Source: a virus. From it: a stretch of DNA of 64,000 nt. Each line of letters opens with the position of its first letter. Within the stretch, counting starts at the first letter, position 1. The notes under the pieces are model-generated. The model searched no databases, had not been told where the DNA came from, and worked only from the letters and a program-made list of their open reading frames with translations. Made by a program: the position numbers and the translations under genes. Positions 10,022-20,238 of the stretch are shown piece after piece. Location of the stretch: the IMG/VR virus record IMGVR_UViG_3300045988_183178. One strand, written 5' to 3'.

Positions 10022-10192
10022 TTATAAGTATTCCTCCATATATCCTCTTTGTTGCAATTCTGCTTTTAAACTATCTTGTTCTTTGTATAATAAATCACGC
10101 TTATACGCAGATATATTAAAATCTTGCAGTTCACCGTCAATTTCATCTAATCTTTTAAAAAGGTCAGAACTATTAGCAGATTTTATTTTCAT
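10022..10192 (-). CDS. small coiled-coil protein (56 aa)
   Basis: GGAGGAAATATT then ATG. Not in the track because it is shorter than 60 aa. Confidence 0.45.
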   Translation of the reverse strand: MKIKSANSSDLFKRLDEIDGELQDFNISAYKRDLLYKEQDSLKAELQQRGYMEEYL

Positions 10193-10259
10193 AATATTTC
10201 CTCCAATCTTCTAAAGAAACTCTTGTCTACTCATGCATACCAGTAAATCGCCAATTCAT

Positions 10260-10457
10260 TTACTTTAATTCAATTAACTCTGCTTCTTCGACATATTTCT
10301 TTGCCGCATTATATCCATTTCTATTAAGTTCACCTTCAATGCTAAACCAAAGTGAATCTAAAAAATTGGGAATAGATGCAAAATCTTTATTTGGATATTT
10401 TTCTCTATATCGCTTATATGCAATTTTATACAATTCATCTACTAAATCACGCTTCAT
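10260..10457 (-). CDS. small hypothetical protein
   Basis: RBS AAAAGGAG. Confidence 0.6.
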   Translation of the reverse strand: MKRDLVDELYKIAYKRYREKYPNKDFASIPNFLDSLWFSIEGELNRNGYNAAKKYVEEAELIELK

Positions 10458-10490
10458 TATATTTTCTCCTTTTACATTAAGAAATTCGTT

Positions 10491-10820
10491 TCATTCGGTT
10501 TCGATTTTTAAAATCTGTCCAATAAGTTCCTCTAAGTTTTCACTATTCAGATATGGACGCTGTGGATTTCCATTCTTATCATATAATGTCGCAGAATATC
10601 TATCATTTTCATATTTGTATATGACATCAAATGACACGTTATCTGTTTCAACGAATGCATGTGGTTCACCATATGTATTTTTATTACCTTGTAAAAATTG
10701 CAACTCAATTTCTAAACAATGTTCTTCCACCTCGTTTTCATACAAGTCATTTTCAAGAATAGCTTCTATTTCTGTTATTCGCAGCTCTTTCTCCTGATTT
10801 TCATTATATTCTAGTCGCAT
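10491..10820 (-). CDS. hypothetical acidic protein
   Basis: RBS GGAGATGA. Confidence 0.65.
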   Translation of the reverse strand: MRLEYNENQEKELRITEIEAILENDLYENEVEEHCLEIELQFLQGNKNTYGEPHAFVETDNVSFDVIYKYENDRYSATLYDKNGNPQRPYLNSENLEELIGQILKIETE

Positions 10821-10871
10821 ATCATCATCTCCATTCTTCTATAAATCATCGTTTCATGTTATTTTTTTTCT

Positions 10872-11063
10872 TTACTCAATTGTGATATATATTCCGTCTC
10901 TTTTATCCCATGCAAAAATTTGAATATTTAATAACTCTTCCGGTAATTCAGATATATTACCTTTAAATAAGTCTTTATTTTTATTGGTAGAAACAATAAT
11001 TAAATTTGCATGATTTTCTTTTCGATTATTTAATAATTCTTTTAGTGTGGGAGCTTTTTCCAT
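10872..11063 (-). CDS. small hypothetical protein (start at MEKAP)
   Basis: GGAGGATTGATATTT then ATG. Confidence 0.55.
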   Translation of the reverse strand: MEKAPTLKELLNNRKENHANLIIVSTNKNKDLFKGNISELPEELLNIQIFAWDKRDGIYITIE

Positions 11064-11238
11064 AAATATCAATCCTCCATATTTTTATTATTATCCCGTT
11101 AAAACTCTTGATTACTTACCGTAATTTTCCATTCCTTGCATATTCTAAAGCTGCCTCTTTTCCATTATGTTTGATTACTTCCTTATCTCCATCTGTGTCC
11201 TATTTAATATTTATTGCTTTTAACATATAAATCACTCC

Positions 11239-11712
11239 TTACGCAATCTTCGTTATTTCTATATAACAGCCATCCATACACTTATCATACTGTCTGATAT
11301 CATATAGCCATTTGAAAGGTACTTTTACAGTTCTTTCATCCTTTAATTTTCCCATTATTTCGTCAATATCAAAATAACCTTGCATAAATCCATAACCTGA
11401 TAAATAATGTTGTCTGTCCAAATTACATAATCTGTCATGATATTTTATGGTATTTTTCTTTAGAAACTTAATATATCTGTCAGATAAGCCAAAATTTTCT
11501 TTTGGGTTGTCTTCACTCCATTCTGATGATAAAAATGAACAACCTTGGAACAATTTAAGTTGCCACATAACTTCACGCATATTATAAAGAGTCTTTGTGA
11601 TTCCATTTATTGCGATCATATAATCATTCAATGTTCCTGGCTCCCAATTCTTTTTGCTGCATCTTTTACATTTATATGTATCTGTATTAATTATCATTTT
11701 ATATCGTGCCAT
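11239..11712 (-). CDS. hypothetical Cys-containing protein
   Basis: ORF; CKRC motif near the N-terminus. Confidence 0.65.
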   Translation of the reverse strand: MARYKMIINTDTYKCKRCSKKNWEPGTLNDYMIAINGITKTLYNMREVMWQLKLFQGCSFLSSEWSEDNPKENFGLSDRYIKFLKKNTIKYHDRLCNLDRQHYLSGYGFMQGYFDIDEIMGKLKDERTVKVPFKWLYDIRQYDKCMDGCYIEITKIA

Positions 11713-11737
11713 ATATCATTTCTCCTATACTTATTAA

Positions 11738-12067
11738 TTAATTTTCTTCCCATAAAGCTTTGTATGCCTTTACAGCAGCTTCTTTTAATTTTTCTTTCCA
11801 GTTGTTATCAGTAAAATCAATTTCGTATGCATACCATTCCTGACAATTGTCATGCTGCCATACGCCATCCTTGTCCTTTGAAAGTCTATAGAAAGCACTT
11901 AAATATTCTGTCTTGTCTGTAGAATTATCTACGCAGATGTTATACTCTACTGCCTGTCTGCTATTTCCATACATTACATCTCCCCAGGAGTCATAACAGT
12001 CGTGATTTTTAATTGCTTCCAGAATTTTATGTTCATTTACATTACATTTAAAATTAAATTTTCCCAT
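11738..12067 (-). CDS. hypothetical protein
   Basis: ORF. The promoter motif at 12104 lies 37 nt upstream. Confidence 0.7.
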   Translation of the reverse strand: MGKFNFKCNVNEHKILEAIKNHDCYDSWGDVMYGNSRQAVEYNICVDNSTDKTEYLSAFYRLSKDKDGVWQHDNCQEWYAYEIDFTDNNWKEKLKEAAVKAYKALWEEN

Positions 12068-12167
12068 GTCTTATTTCTCCTTTATATTATTTACTATGAA
12101 AAATATGACAGAAAATAAAAAATATCCCACCCGGTTAATTCCGGATGAGATATTGCTGCTGCATCTT

Positions 12168-12410
12168 TTATAAATATTTTTCTACAGATACAATCTGGCT
12201 ACAGTTAATTAAAATTTCTTTATCCTGGTGTCCTCCTTCTCCATATATCTTTGCGGCAGTTATGATATAATCATTTGTGTTAATAAGCTTATATATATCC
12301 TTTAATGTCAATGAATCACTAACTGTAATAAATCCGTTTGTCAAACCTTCAATATAACCTTCACAATCAATTATTTGCTTTGCTCTTGTTGTTTTAATCT
12401 TTATACCCAT
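12168..12410 (-). CDS. small hypothetical protein (start at MGIKIK)
   Basis: AAAGGAG then ATG at 12410. Confidence 0.6.
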   Translation of the reverse strand: MGIKIKTTRAKQIIDCEGYIEGLTNGFITVSDSLTLKDIYKLINTNDYIITAAKIYGEGGHQDKEILINCSQIVSVEKYL

Positions 12411-12449
12411 ATTTTTACTCCTTTTATTTAACATTCTTACAATATTATG

Positions 12450-13715
12450 TTACTTAATCTTTTCCCCAGTATTCTTCTCATATTCCTCTACTGCCTTTGC
12501 AATGCTTTCATCAAGGCTTTCATATATACATATAGCTCTATCGATATGCGTTCTTACAACTTCCTCAGAGTCACTTATATCAGTCAGAAGTTTTGCTAAA
12601 ATATCTCCATGATTTTTAAGGAACATGCTTACTGTATGTATAAATGATACAAAATCAATTATGCCTTCTACATTAACTTTATTTGGAAAAAATCTAATAT
12701 TGTTATTAGAAAAAACAAGATTATCATTTACAATTGAATCTGCATATACAGAATCTATTAAAATCAATTTCTTTAAAAATGCTTGCTCTCCAGGATAATG
12801 CTTTGAGTCATATATATGAGATAATAAATTATCAGTATTATAACTGCTGCCATTATTATTTTTACTTGGAATATACATTGATTGTCTTCTCATGTCTTCA
12901 TATAAATGTTCGAAAAATCTTCCAGTAAATACTCTTTTATTAATTGAAGATGCAGTTAATATTGCTGCACCATATTTTTTCACCTGGACAAGAGTATTCT
13001 GCATTTTAAGCATTGCAGGGTTACTGACATATTTATCCATTTTTAATAATGTTTCAACATTCCTGCCATTGTTTTTACAAAAATCAATTATAGCTTGACT
13101 ATTAAGCAAATAGGTAGATACTTTTATTTTCCCTGATGTAAGAGCATGACTGATAATATTATATACAGCGTATTTTGATATTCCATATACTGATTCAGGA
13201 TACATGTTTACAAAAGTTTCAGAATATCCCGCTGTAATTATGTTAAGTATTGGGGAATACTTTTCTTTGTTTTGCAAACTCATAGCCCCCTGCAAAAATG
13301 ATGGCGTAGCTTTTTTCATATATGAAATATCGTGTATAATAGTCTCAAGTTCTTTTTCAGTTAATTTCTTATGTACAGAATCATTTTCTACTTTTGATGC
13401 AATTTCTTTAGAATTTGTTTCTGATATTTTTTCTAGCTTGTCCTTAAGCTCTGTAATTTCAGCTTTTAAAGCATCTTTTTCTTTTTCAATTTTTATCTGA
13501 TTATTATATAATTCTTTGAAATTTTCTTTTATATTGTCAAATGTACACTCAGACAATGCAACTATATCTCTTAAAAGCGCTAATTCTTCAAGTTTATGGC
13601 AATATTCTTTATATCCATTACTTTTAATTTTGTCATATGCAATTTCTGCGTACTTTTTATTATATTCCTCCTGTATGAACTGTTTAAAATCATTAATGTG
13701 TCTGTCAATATTCAT
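12450..13715 (-). CDS. hypothetical protein (421 aa) with an N-terminal coiled coil
   Basis: Long ORF; no motif recognised. Confidence 0.75.
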   Translation of the reverse strand: MNIDRHINDFKQFIQEEYNKKYAEIAYDKIKSNGYKEYCHKLEELALLRDIVALSECTFDNIKENFKELYNNQIKIEKEKDALKAEITELKDKLEKISETNSKEIASKVENDSVHKKLTEKELETIIHDISYMKKATPSFLQGAMSLQNKEKYSPILNIITAGYSETFVNMYPESVYGISKYAVYNIISHALTSGKIKVSTYLLNSQAIIDFCKNNGRNVETLLKMDKYVSNPAMLKMQNTLVQVKKYGAAILTASSINKRVFTGRFFEHLYEDMRRQSMYIPSKNNNGSSYNTDNLLSHIYDSKHYPGEQAFLKKLILIDSVYADSIVNDNLVFSNNNIRFFPNKVNVEGIIDFVSFIHTVSMFLKNHGDILAKLLTDISDSEEVVRTHIDRAICIYESLDESIAKAVEEYEKNTGEKIK

Positions 13716-13955
13716 GAATTTATTTCTCCTTTAAATTTATTTACTTTATACATGACAGAAAAAAAGGACCTCACACTAAGAAATTTCTTATTGTGACAGC
13801 CCTTAAATTAATATTAAGTATGTATTTTATAATTCTATTTCTATAATTTGCTGCGGTGATAGATAACCGTTCATATATACCTCATTGTATTTGATAGAAA
13901 GTGTATAAGCCGCTATCCCTGTATCTATGTTTTATAGAACTACAGGGATGTTTAA

Positions 13956-14213
13956 TTATTCTTCATCATTGTCATATATAATACTCTCAATAATATTAAC
14001 AGCCCTGTCTGCATATATAACTTCTTCTTCATCATCATTCGAGTATCCGTCATCATCATATGTACCTTCAGTCCACCAGCTGCAAAGAAGAGCTTTCTTA
14101 GAGGCTTCCTTAACTTCTCCTATTAAGGTATTTTTTACTGTATCTAATATACGTCTTTCATTTTCTGATTCTGCTTTTTCTATAAGTTCATTTATTGTAT
14201 TAAGTGTCTTCAT
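13956..14213 (-). CDS. small acidic protein
   Basis: RBS ATAAGGAGAAAT. Confidence 0.65.
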   Translation of the reverse strand: MKTLNTINELIEKAESENERRILDTVKNTLIGEVKEASKKALLCSWWTEGTYDDDGYSNDDEEEVIYADRAVNIIESIIYDNDEE

Positions 14214-14325
14214 AACTATTATTTCTCCTTATATTGACAGCTATTGCAGCCTGTTTTTTTAATGATTTACAGTTCCCACAATTATTTCTATTTTTACAGA
14301 ACCAACAATTGTCATTATCTATCAT
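14197..14325 (-). CDS. candidate 42 aa CxxC-x8-CxxC zinc-ribbon peptide; a 10-G variant of the adjacent G9 tract would extend it N-terminally to 60 aa
   Basis: ATGATAGATAATGACAATTGTTGGTTCTGTAAA..TGTGGGAACTGT encodes MIDNDNCWFCKNRNNCGNCK... The only Shine-Dalgarno candidate is a weak GGTGG. The G-run at 14336-14344 lies immediately upstream in the mRNA. Confidence 0.3.
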
Positions 14326-14335
14326 CCACCATTTA

Positions 14336-14344
14336 GGGGGGGGG
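14336..14344. repeat. G9/C9 homopolymer tract
   Basis: A run of nine G in a genome that is about 70% A+T. Confidence 0.9.
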
Positions 14345-14385
14345 CTGTGGCCGCATTTTTTCTTTTAACTTTTCCCATATATTAT

Positions 14386-15123
14386 TTAATTATCTTTTAT
14401 TATTTCTTTAAATCCATATTTAGACAGGTATTTAATAATCTCTTTCTGCTTCTGTTCAATTTTCCTAATCTGCTCAGGAGCTTTCTGTATATAAAGTTTC
14501 TGTTTTTCAACGTCTTCATCATAACTCTTTTTTAAACATTTATTTGCTTCTTCAGCTCTTTTATATTCATTATCAAATATCTTTTTTAAATACTGCTTAG
14601 ACACAAATAAGCTGAAAAAGAAATCAGATATCCTGACACTGCATGTCTTATCTTTGTTAAATAAACAATGTTGTGCATTAGCCAGTCTCTTTTTAAATGT
14701 ATAATTTTCGTATCTTTTAAAAATATCCTGTGTCTCATAAGGTTCATATTTAGGTTCATCATTCATTATTTTATTATAATATTTGATGCAATCGTCAATA
14801 ATCCTGTAAGTATGATTTATGAAATCTATGCACATAATATTTTGACTGTGAAATTCGTCAAATGAAGAAATCTTAACCGTTACATTATCAACATCTGAAT
14901 AAGGTGTTAAAAATATATCATCATTATTAAATATCTCAATCTGCTTTAAATATTCCATCATGGCAGCATAAAATGTTTTATTATTAACAGTTATATTCCT
15001 AAATAAAAAATCATAATCGCTTACTTTATATACTGATAAATCAGACATAATTAATTCAGGATTATTAATAAACTTTTCTAAAACATCCAGTTCATGTCTG
15101 GCATCCTTTAACTCAATGCTCAT
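14386..15123 (-). CDS. hypothetical protein (245 aa)
   Basis: ORF. Confidence 0.7.
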   Translation of the reverse strand: MSIELKDARHELDVLEKFINNPELIMSDLSVYKVSDYDFLFRNITVNNKTFYAAMMEYLKQIEIFNNDDIFLTPYSDVDNVTVKISSFDEFHSQNIMCIDFINHTYRIIDDCIKYYNKIMNDEPKYEPYETQDIFKRYENYTFKKRLANAQHCLFNKDKTCSVRISDFFFSLFVSKQYLKKIFDNEYKRAEEANKCLKKSYDEDVEKQKLYIQKAPEQIRKIEQKQKEIIKYLSKYGFKEIIKDN

Positions 15124-15161
15124 AAATTTTTCTCCTCATAAAAAATCGAAATTTTTTGGTA

Positions 15162-15545
15162 CTATTTTTGATTAATATTCAAGTAATAAGTTTTTCCTTT
15201 AATCTTGATATATCTTCCTTTTTTATTAAAGTAACAAATCTTATTACAAATCAGGTCATGATAATAATTATCCTTATATTTGATTCCAACGGTTAAACCA
15301 TTATCAAAAAATATCTCTTTGTTGTCTGTCAAATTATATGATACTTGTCGTACATACGGTTTAACACAATCATTACAGTACATAAGTGTTCGCAAATCGG
15401 TGCATATAATATCTTGTACGCCCATACTTTTACCGCATTTTTCACAAAATAACTCTGCACATCTATATGGCATGTATTCACTTTCTTTCCATTTTCGACC
15501 ACTTTTATTTAACTTATTTTCTACTTTTTCCCATAATTGTCCCAA
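15162..15545 (-). CDS. Cys-rich zinc-ribbon-like protein
   Basis: CEKCGK ... CNDC pairs. Confidence 0.65.
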   Translation of the reverse strand: MGQLWEKVENKLNKSGRKWKESEYMPYRCAELFCEKCGKSMGVQDIICTDLRTLMYCNDCVKPYVRQVSYNLTDNKEIFFDNGLTVGIKYKDNYYHDLICNKICYFNKKGRYIKIKGKTYYLNINQK

Positions 15546-15632
15546 ACCTTCACCTCCAAAGGAAACTAATAATTCTTACTTGTTTATTCTCCTTTTACAT
15601 CTACTTCGTAGCTGCTCATCTTATATGACTAA

Positions 15633-16106
15633 TTACTCAGGACAGTTTTTCTGAAGCTTTTGCTTATATAAGACTTCATCAACTATATCTGTAAAATTAT
15701 AACCGAAATAATTATCATTCAGATAAGGATACATATTACTATAACTGCATTCTATCTCTGTCTCAAATTCTAATTTATACAAAAAAGTATCAACAAATGA
15801 ATAATCATCCTGAAGCCAGATATCAAGGTAAAGACCATTTATCACATAAATTCTGATGTCTTTATCTTCGTATTCGCATGTCCAACACATAAAAGTATAT
15901 TTATCTTCTATGTATTTCTTTAACTCCAACAAATAAAAATATCTGTATACCCAAAAAGAATAATCTTCATCTGAAGTGGTATCTGAATGCAACTCTCGTT
16001 TACATACATCTATCTTTTTATTTATATCACTCAGTATCTTACTCTTTAATCTATTGACTTTTTCCTGTCTTTTTAGTTCATCTGAAATCTTTTCATAACC
16101 ATTCAT
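15633..16106 (-). CDS. hypothetical protein
   Basis: ORF. Confidence 0.65.
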   Translation of the reverse strand: MNGYEKISDELKRQEKVNRLKSKILSDINKKIDVCKRELHSDTTSDEDYSFWVYRYFYLLELKKYIEDKYTFMCWTCEYEDKDIRIYVINGLYLDIWLQDDYSFVDTFLYKLEFETEIECSYSNMYPYLNDNYFGYNFTDIVDEVLYKQKLQKNCPE

Positions 16107-16177
16107 AGTTTATTCTCCTTCATATGTTTTTTAAGCTTTGCTGTTTTTTTATCCCGTTCAGAAAAAACTCTATATCT

Positions 16178-16675
16178 TTATACAGGCGGTTTATTCATAA
16201 ATTCTTTATACTTTTTAGCATAATCAATCAGTGCATTATTATCATAATTGCTCTCGACTAATGCTCTGGTAAAATTACTATATTTTCTATTGCCTGGCAT
16301 TAACGCTTTACATTCTTTATTCCATTCAGATAATGTATCATAATCATAATCACATGCATCACAAAGAGCTGCAAGTTCTTCATTAGTTGTAGCATCTGTT
16401 AAATATGTAAGTTCAGTTATTACATCTAACAAAACTGCCTGCTTTTGATCAATAAATGGTTCGATAGTATTTCGGTCAACTTCTATAAACCCACAATTAT
16501 CAAATGAAATTCCAGGTGACTCATAACTATAACCACAATCATAATCGTAAGTGAATTCAGGGTTAACAACAAAACATCTGGCTCCAATGGTAATTATATT
16601 TCCTGTTACATACTGGTTCTCTTTATTATCTTTATAATCAATTCTTTTAGCCTTATATGTGTATGTATTATTCAT
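16178..16675 (-). CDS. hypothetical protein
   Basis: ORF. Confidence 0.65.
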   Translation of the reverse strand: MNNTYTYKAKRIDYKDNKENQYVTGNIITIGARCFVVNPEFTYDYDCGYSYESPGISFDNCGFIEVDRNTIEPFIDQKQAVLLDVITELTYLTDATTNEELAALCDACDYDYDTLSEWNKECKALMPGNRKYSNFTRALVESNYDNNALIDYAKKYKEFMNKPPV

Positions 16676-16733
16676 AACTTCAAATTCCTTTCTTATATAA
16701 TGTATTTACATTTGTCTCAAGAAATATTATTTC

Positions 16734-17201
16734 TTAATTATTATTTTTTTCATATTCTTCAGACAATCTGGATATTTCCTCAAGCTCAAGAAATTCACTA
16801 TATGTACACCCCTGCGCCTGTGCAATTTCCCATCTTTCCTGTTTCTTTTGCTCCTGATCTAACCTTACTTTGATATCCTGAATTTCTAATTCTAAATTAT
16901 TGATAGTATTATCAAGAATCTTACAAACTCTTTCACTTTCTGTCAGCATATTAATTTCTCCTGCTATTGCTTTCTTCTTATTTAATTTCTCAATTAGCTT
17001 ATCTGACTGTTTACAGGTAATATAATCACTAGCGTACCAATCGTTGATTTCTGATTCCGTATAACACTTTTCACCAAATACTAATACATATACATCATTG
17101 ATTTTCTCTCTTTCTTTAATAGCTTTCTTTCTGTATTTTTCTTTGATTTTTTGATATTCATTTAATACAGTCTGTAAAGCACTTAAATCTGAGTTATTCA
17201 T
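16734..17201 (-). CDS. coiled-coil hypothetical protein
   Basis: AAAAGGAGATTTAAAAT then ATG. The promoter motif contains TATATATAAT. Confidence 0.7.
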   Translation of the reverse strand: MNNSDLSALQTVLNEYQKIKEKYRKKAIKEREKINDVYVLVFGEKCYTESEINDWYASDYITCKQSDKLIEKLNKKKAIAGEINMLTESERVCKILDNTINNLELEIQDIKVRLDQEQKKQERWEIAQAQGCTYSEFLELEEISRLSEEYEKNNN

Positions 17202-17238
17202 ATATTTTAAATCTCCTTTTCAATTTATTTATTATATA

Positions 17239-17251
17239 TATGACAGAAAAA
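17239..17251 (-). promoter_or_regulatory. conserved promoter-like motif upstream of gene 16734..17201
   Basis: Gene-strand hairpin, then TTTTTTTT, then CTGTCATATATATAAT, then 25 nt, then AAAGGAG and ATG. Confidence 0.6.
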
Positions 17252-17254
17252 AAA

Positions 17255-17275
17255 GCAGGGGAATATTTCCCCTGC
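17255..17275 (-). terminator. intrinsic terminator (GCAGGGGAA/TTCCCCTGC) plus T8
   Basis: Seen directly in the sequence. Confidence 0.7.
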
Positions 17276-17303
17276 TTAAATATTTGTTAATGTTATAAAA
17301 TCT

Positions 17304-17582
17304 TCAATATCCTAATCTTTGCATTCTTTCTATATTAAATTTCCAATAGGTTACACTTGAAACACCATATCTTTTAATAGCATCTTGTTTTAATCCTTCA
17401 TTTGTAAAAACCAAGTCGAGCTTTTTCAAATCATTAAATAGTTTCTTACTCATTTTAGGGAAATATTCATTAAAGCCTTTTCCGATCTCTTTTGTGATAA
17501 TCTGATAGCAAGCTCCGTTGTCCAGGATCAAATCGTTGTTATCAATATCAATTATATCTCTACCTACTTTTAAACTTATCAA
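17304..17582 (-). CDS. small hypothetical protein (TTG start in the track; AAAGGAG upstream)
   Basis: ORF. Confidence 0.55.
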   Translation of the reverse strand: MISLKVGRDIIDIDNNDLILDNGACYQIITKEIGKGFNEYFPKMSKKLFNDLKKLDLVFTNEGLKQDAIKRYGVSSVTYWKFNIERMQRLGY

Positions 17583-17731
17583 TCTACTTACTCCTTTGTT
17601 ATTCTTTTACTATTTAAGTTGCTTTTTAATAATTCACGATTTATTTGGTCAATGTAATTCATTCTTTTATTTTCATCAACCGAAGTTTTTTTAATTCCAC
17701 AAATTGTACTGGTAATTCCATTTATATCACC

Positions 17732-17899
17732 TCATTTTATTACCGATACATCAATGACATTGAATCCTGCATCTTCCAAATCCTGTTCAACACAATATCT
17801 CAATGTTTCTTCTGACGATTCATTATCATAAAATTCTCCTTCAACTTCTACAATCAGTTTTGCCTTTATCTTATTTACCTTATTTTTTAATATTTTCAT
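17732..17899 (-). CDS. small protein of about 55 aa (coordinates +/- 2 nt)
   Basis: GGAGGGGAAACGG then ATG. Shorter than the track threshold. Confidence 0.4.
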   Translation of the reverse strand: MKILKNKVNKIKAKLIVEVEGEFYDNESSEETLRYCVEQDLEDAGFNVIDVSVIK

Positions 17900-17902
17900 C
17901 CG

Positions 17903-18075
17903 TTTCCCCTCCTATTTTATAGCTTTGCCTTTATAATTTACATAACATTCTTCTTGCAAAAATTCCTCCGTCTGAAGCTCCTGATAAGTATAACTAAGAC
18001 TTCTATATGCAAATCGCTGCATAAGATGTAATACTTCTTCATCTGTTCCAGTTCTTAATTTCTCTAAATTAGTCA
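17903..18075 (-). CDS. small protein of about 57 aa (coordinates approximate)
   Basis: AGAAGAGG then ATG. Protein starts MTNLEKLRTG... Confidence 0.4.
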
Positions 18076-18106
18076 TCTTATTACCTCTTCTAATCTTCTA
18101 AGTAAA

Positions 18107-18397
18107 TCATTCATTTATTGGCTTCTTAATTACAATTTTTCTTCCACAAATTGGGCAATAACCAATCTTTATCTTTTTGCTAAAAGCATCTTCTGCGAAA
18201 TCATATCCACAACAAAGTGTTATTCCATCAATCATTATTGTTCCATTCTGCCAAATTGCTAATGTTTTTTCTTTGTCATCTAAAATTTCTCTCGCCACAT
18301 CTTCATCGAAATTAGTAACTTTTAATACTTCTTCCACACAGTCTGTAGGATAAGAAGAATAACCTACTGCAAATTTTTCTATTTGACTTTTTGTCAT
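18107..18397 (-). CDS. small Cys-containing protein
   Basis: The C-terminus has a zinc ribbon (CPICGRK). Confidence 0.65.
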   Translation of the reverse strand: MTKSQIEKFAVGYSSYPTDCVEEVLKVTNFDEDVAREILDDKEKTLAIWQNGTIMIDGITLCCGYDFAEDAFSKKIKIGYCPICGRKIVIKKPINE

Positions 18398-18442
18398 ATC
18401 ATTACCTCCAAACTAAAGAAAGTTAAATTTCTTTTCATTTGT

Positions 18443-18820
18443 TTAAAAATCAACTTCTTTTTCTTCAAAACATCCTACTCCATTTCTAAACCATGATACT
18501 TTATTAGTTTTCTGTTTCGTTTGTAGTTTTGTAATCTCATCTTGTAGTTTTTCTATCTGCTTTGAATAATAAGTAGCGAAAATATCAGAAGCTTTTTTAT
18601 CATCTCTCCCGACCAAAATAATCGTATTGTCATATAACACTTTTCCTATATCACAACTATTCATGCGATTTTTAAATCCATAATAATTTTCATCTTTTAA
18701 GCCATAATAAATACTAGAGTTATTTTTCCCACCATAAGATCCTTCATATACATCGAAATATAATTCTGTATTCACTTTATTGTAAATATATAATTCAATT
18801 CTGTTATTTTTATTTTCCAT
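18443..18820 (-). CDS. hypothetical protein
   Basis: ORF. Confidence 0.65.
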   Translation of the reverse strand: MENKNNRIELYIYNKVNTELYFDVYEGSYGGKNNSSIYYGLKDENYYGFKNRMNSCDIGKVLYDNTIILVGRDDKKASDIFATYYSKQIEKLQDEITKLQTKQKTNKVSWFRNGVGCFEEKEVDF

Positions 18821-19051
18821 ATGTTCTATTCTCCATTCAAAATAAATTTAGATTTCTTAATGTTAAAACTGTGACCGAATTGTTATCTTTAATACACCAC
18901 CTGTAATGTCCCAACTCTTAACTGTGAAATATCCATAGGAAGAAATTGCTTCCTGTTTATGATTATATCTTTTTTATATTTAAGTAATGTCTGAGCGTTT
19001 TAAAATAATCACTCCTTTATTTTTTAATTAATTATTTTATTTGACTAATAT

Positions 19052-19249
19052 TTAATAGCAATAATAATCATAAGAATACTTTTCATATGATTTTGTGAAT
19101 ATCTTTTCAACCTTATACTTTTTTCCACATATATCACATTCTTTTATAATGTCAATCTGACATTCCTCATCATTCATATAATTAATTTCTTTCTCAACGA
19201 TTTCATCATCATTCCCATCAGTGTGACCGCAAAATGGACAACCTAACAT
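19052..19249 (-). CDS. zinc-ribbon protein (CPFCGH ... CDICGKK)
   Basis: Two CxxC pairs. Confidence 0.6.
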   Translation of the reverse strand: MLGCPFCGHTDGNDDEIVEKEINYMNDEECQIDIIKECDICGKKYKVEKIFTKSYEKYSYDYYCY

Positions 19250-19279
19250 ATCTAATACCTTCCTTTTCTTTTATTCATA

Positions 19280-19717
19280 TTATTTAATATATTCCTTTAC
19301 AACTTCTGATGCAATTTTATTGTCTAACAATGCTCCAAACTTGAGCTTAAGTGATTTCATACATATTTCCATATTCTTTTCAATATGAGAGTCTAATAAA
19401 TATTCAGCAATTTCCTGCTTTGATACAGACTTAGGTAAGAAATTATTTACAACTGCAATGCTTTCTGTAAGCTCTGAAAATCTCTTTGGATCACTCTCGT
19501 TTGTAATATATGAAAGAGTATCCTCAAGCTGCTTTAATTCCTTTCTTGCTGCTCTTATTATATATTCATCAGCAATTACATCACATTTATTTTCTTTTGC
19601 ATCTTTCTGAGCCTTGTCTAATATATTCTTGTATACAGAATAATTAATACTATTTCTTGTTTCAATCTTCTCCTTTAAAGAAATTTTAATATTGTTTCTT
19701 AAATCATCAATTAACAT
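19280..19717 (-). CDS. hypothetical protein
   Basis: ORF. The promoter motif at 19756 lies 39 nt upstream. Confidence 0.7.
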   Translation of the reverse strand: MLIDDLRNNIKISLKEKIETRNSINYSVYKNILDKAQKDAKENKCDVIADEYIIRAARKELKQLEDTLSYITNESDPKRFSELTESIAVVNNFLPKSVSKQEIAEYLLDSHIEKNMEICMKSLKLKFGALLDNKIASEVVKEYIK

Positions 19718-19942
19718 AGTGAATTCTCCTTTATATAATATATTTTCCTATACTATATGACAGAAAATTAAATAAATTATTTGACACAAAATATTTGTTT
19801 TCAATATCTTTTTTAATGGTTCTTGTATTTGTTTTTGTCATTTAATTATATACAATGCTAACAATTTTTATAGTATTAAATGATTTAAAAACGCATCAGA
19901 AAAGCCGGCTACAAAAGTAACCGGCTTAAAGATATTTATATT

Positions 19943-20206
19943 TTATTTTAATCCTGCATTATTAAATGCATCTGAATCACATTTTACACCATTAGCTTTT
20001 AAAGCACTGGATAAGCTACTTTTAGTTGTATATGTAGTTCCTTTATATATTACACTTGTTAAATTAGTACATTTATTAAATGCGTACATACTTATAGTTT
20101 TTACACTATCTGGTATTGTTATCTCTGTTAAACTTGTACAATTATTAATACCTACAATTTCTGTTAAATTTGTACAATTTTTGAAAGTATCAGATTTTTT
20201 TATCAT
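19943..20206 (-). CDS. BspA-type leucine-rich-repeat (LRR_5-like) fragment protein
   Basis: Repeats of the form FxxCTNLTxIxIPxSVxxI, as in cell-surface LRR_5 proteins. Confidence 0.6.
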   Translation of the reverse strand: MIKKSDTFKNCTNLTEIVGINNCTSLTEITIPDSVKTISMYAFNKCTNLTSVIYKGTTYTTKSSLSSALKANGVKCDSDAFNNAGLK

Positions 20207-20238
20207 TTTATGTTTCCTTTCTTATTTTTTGATTTTCA

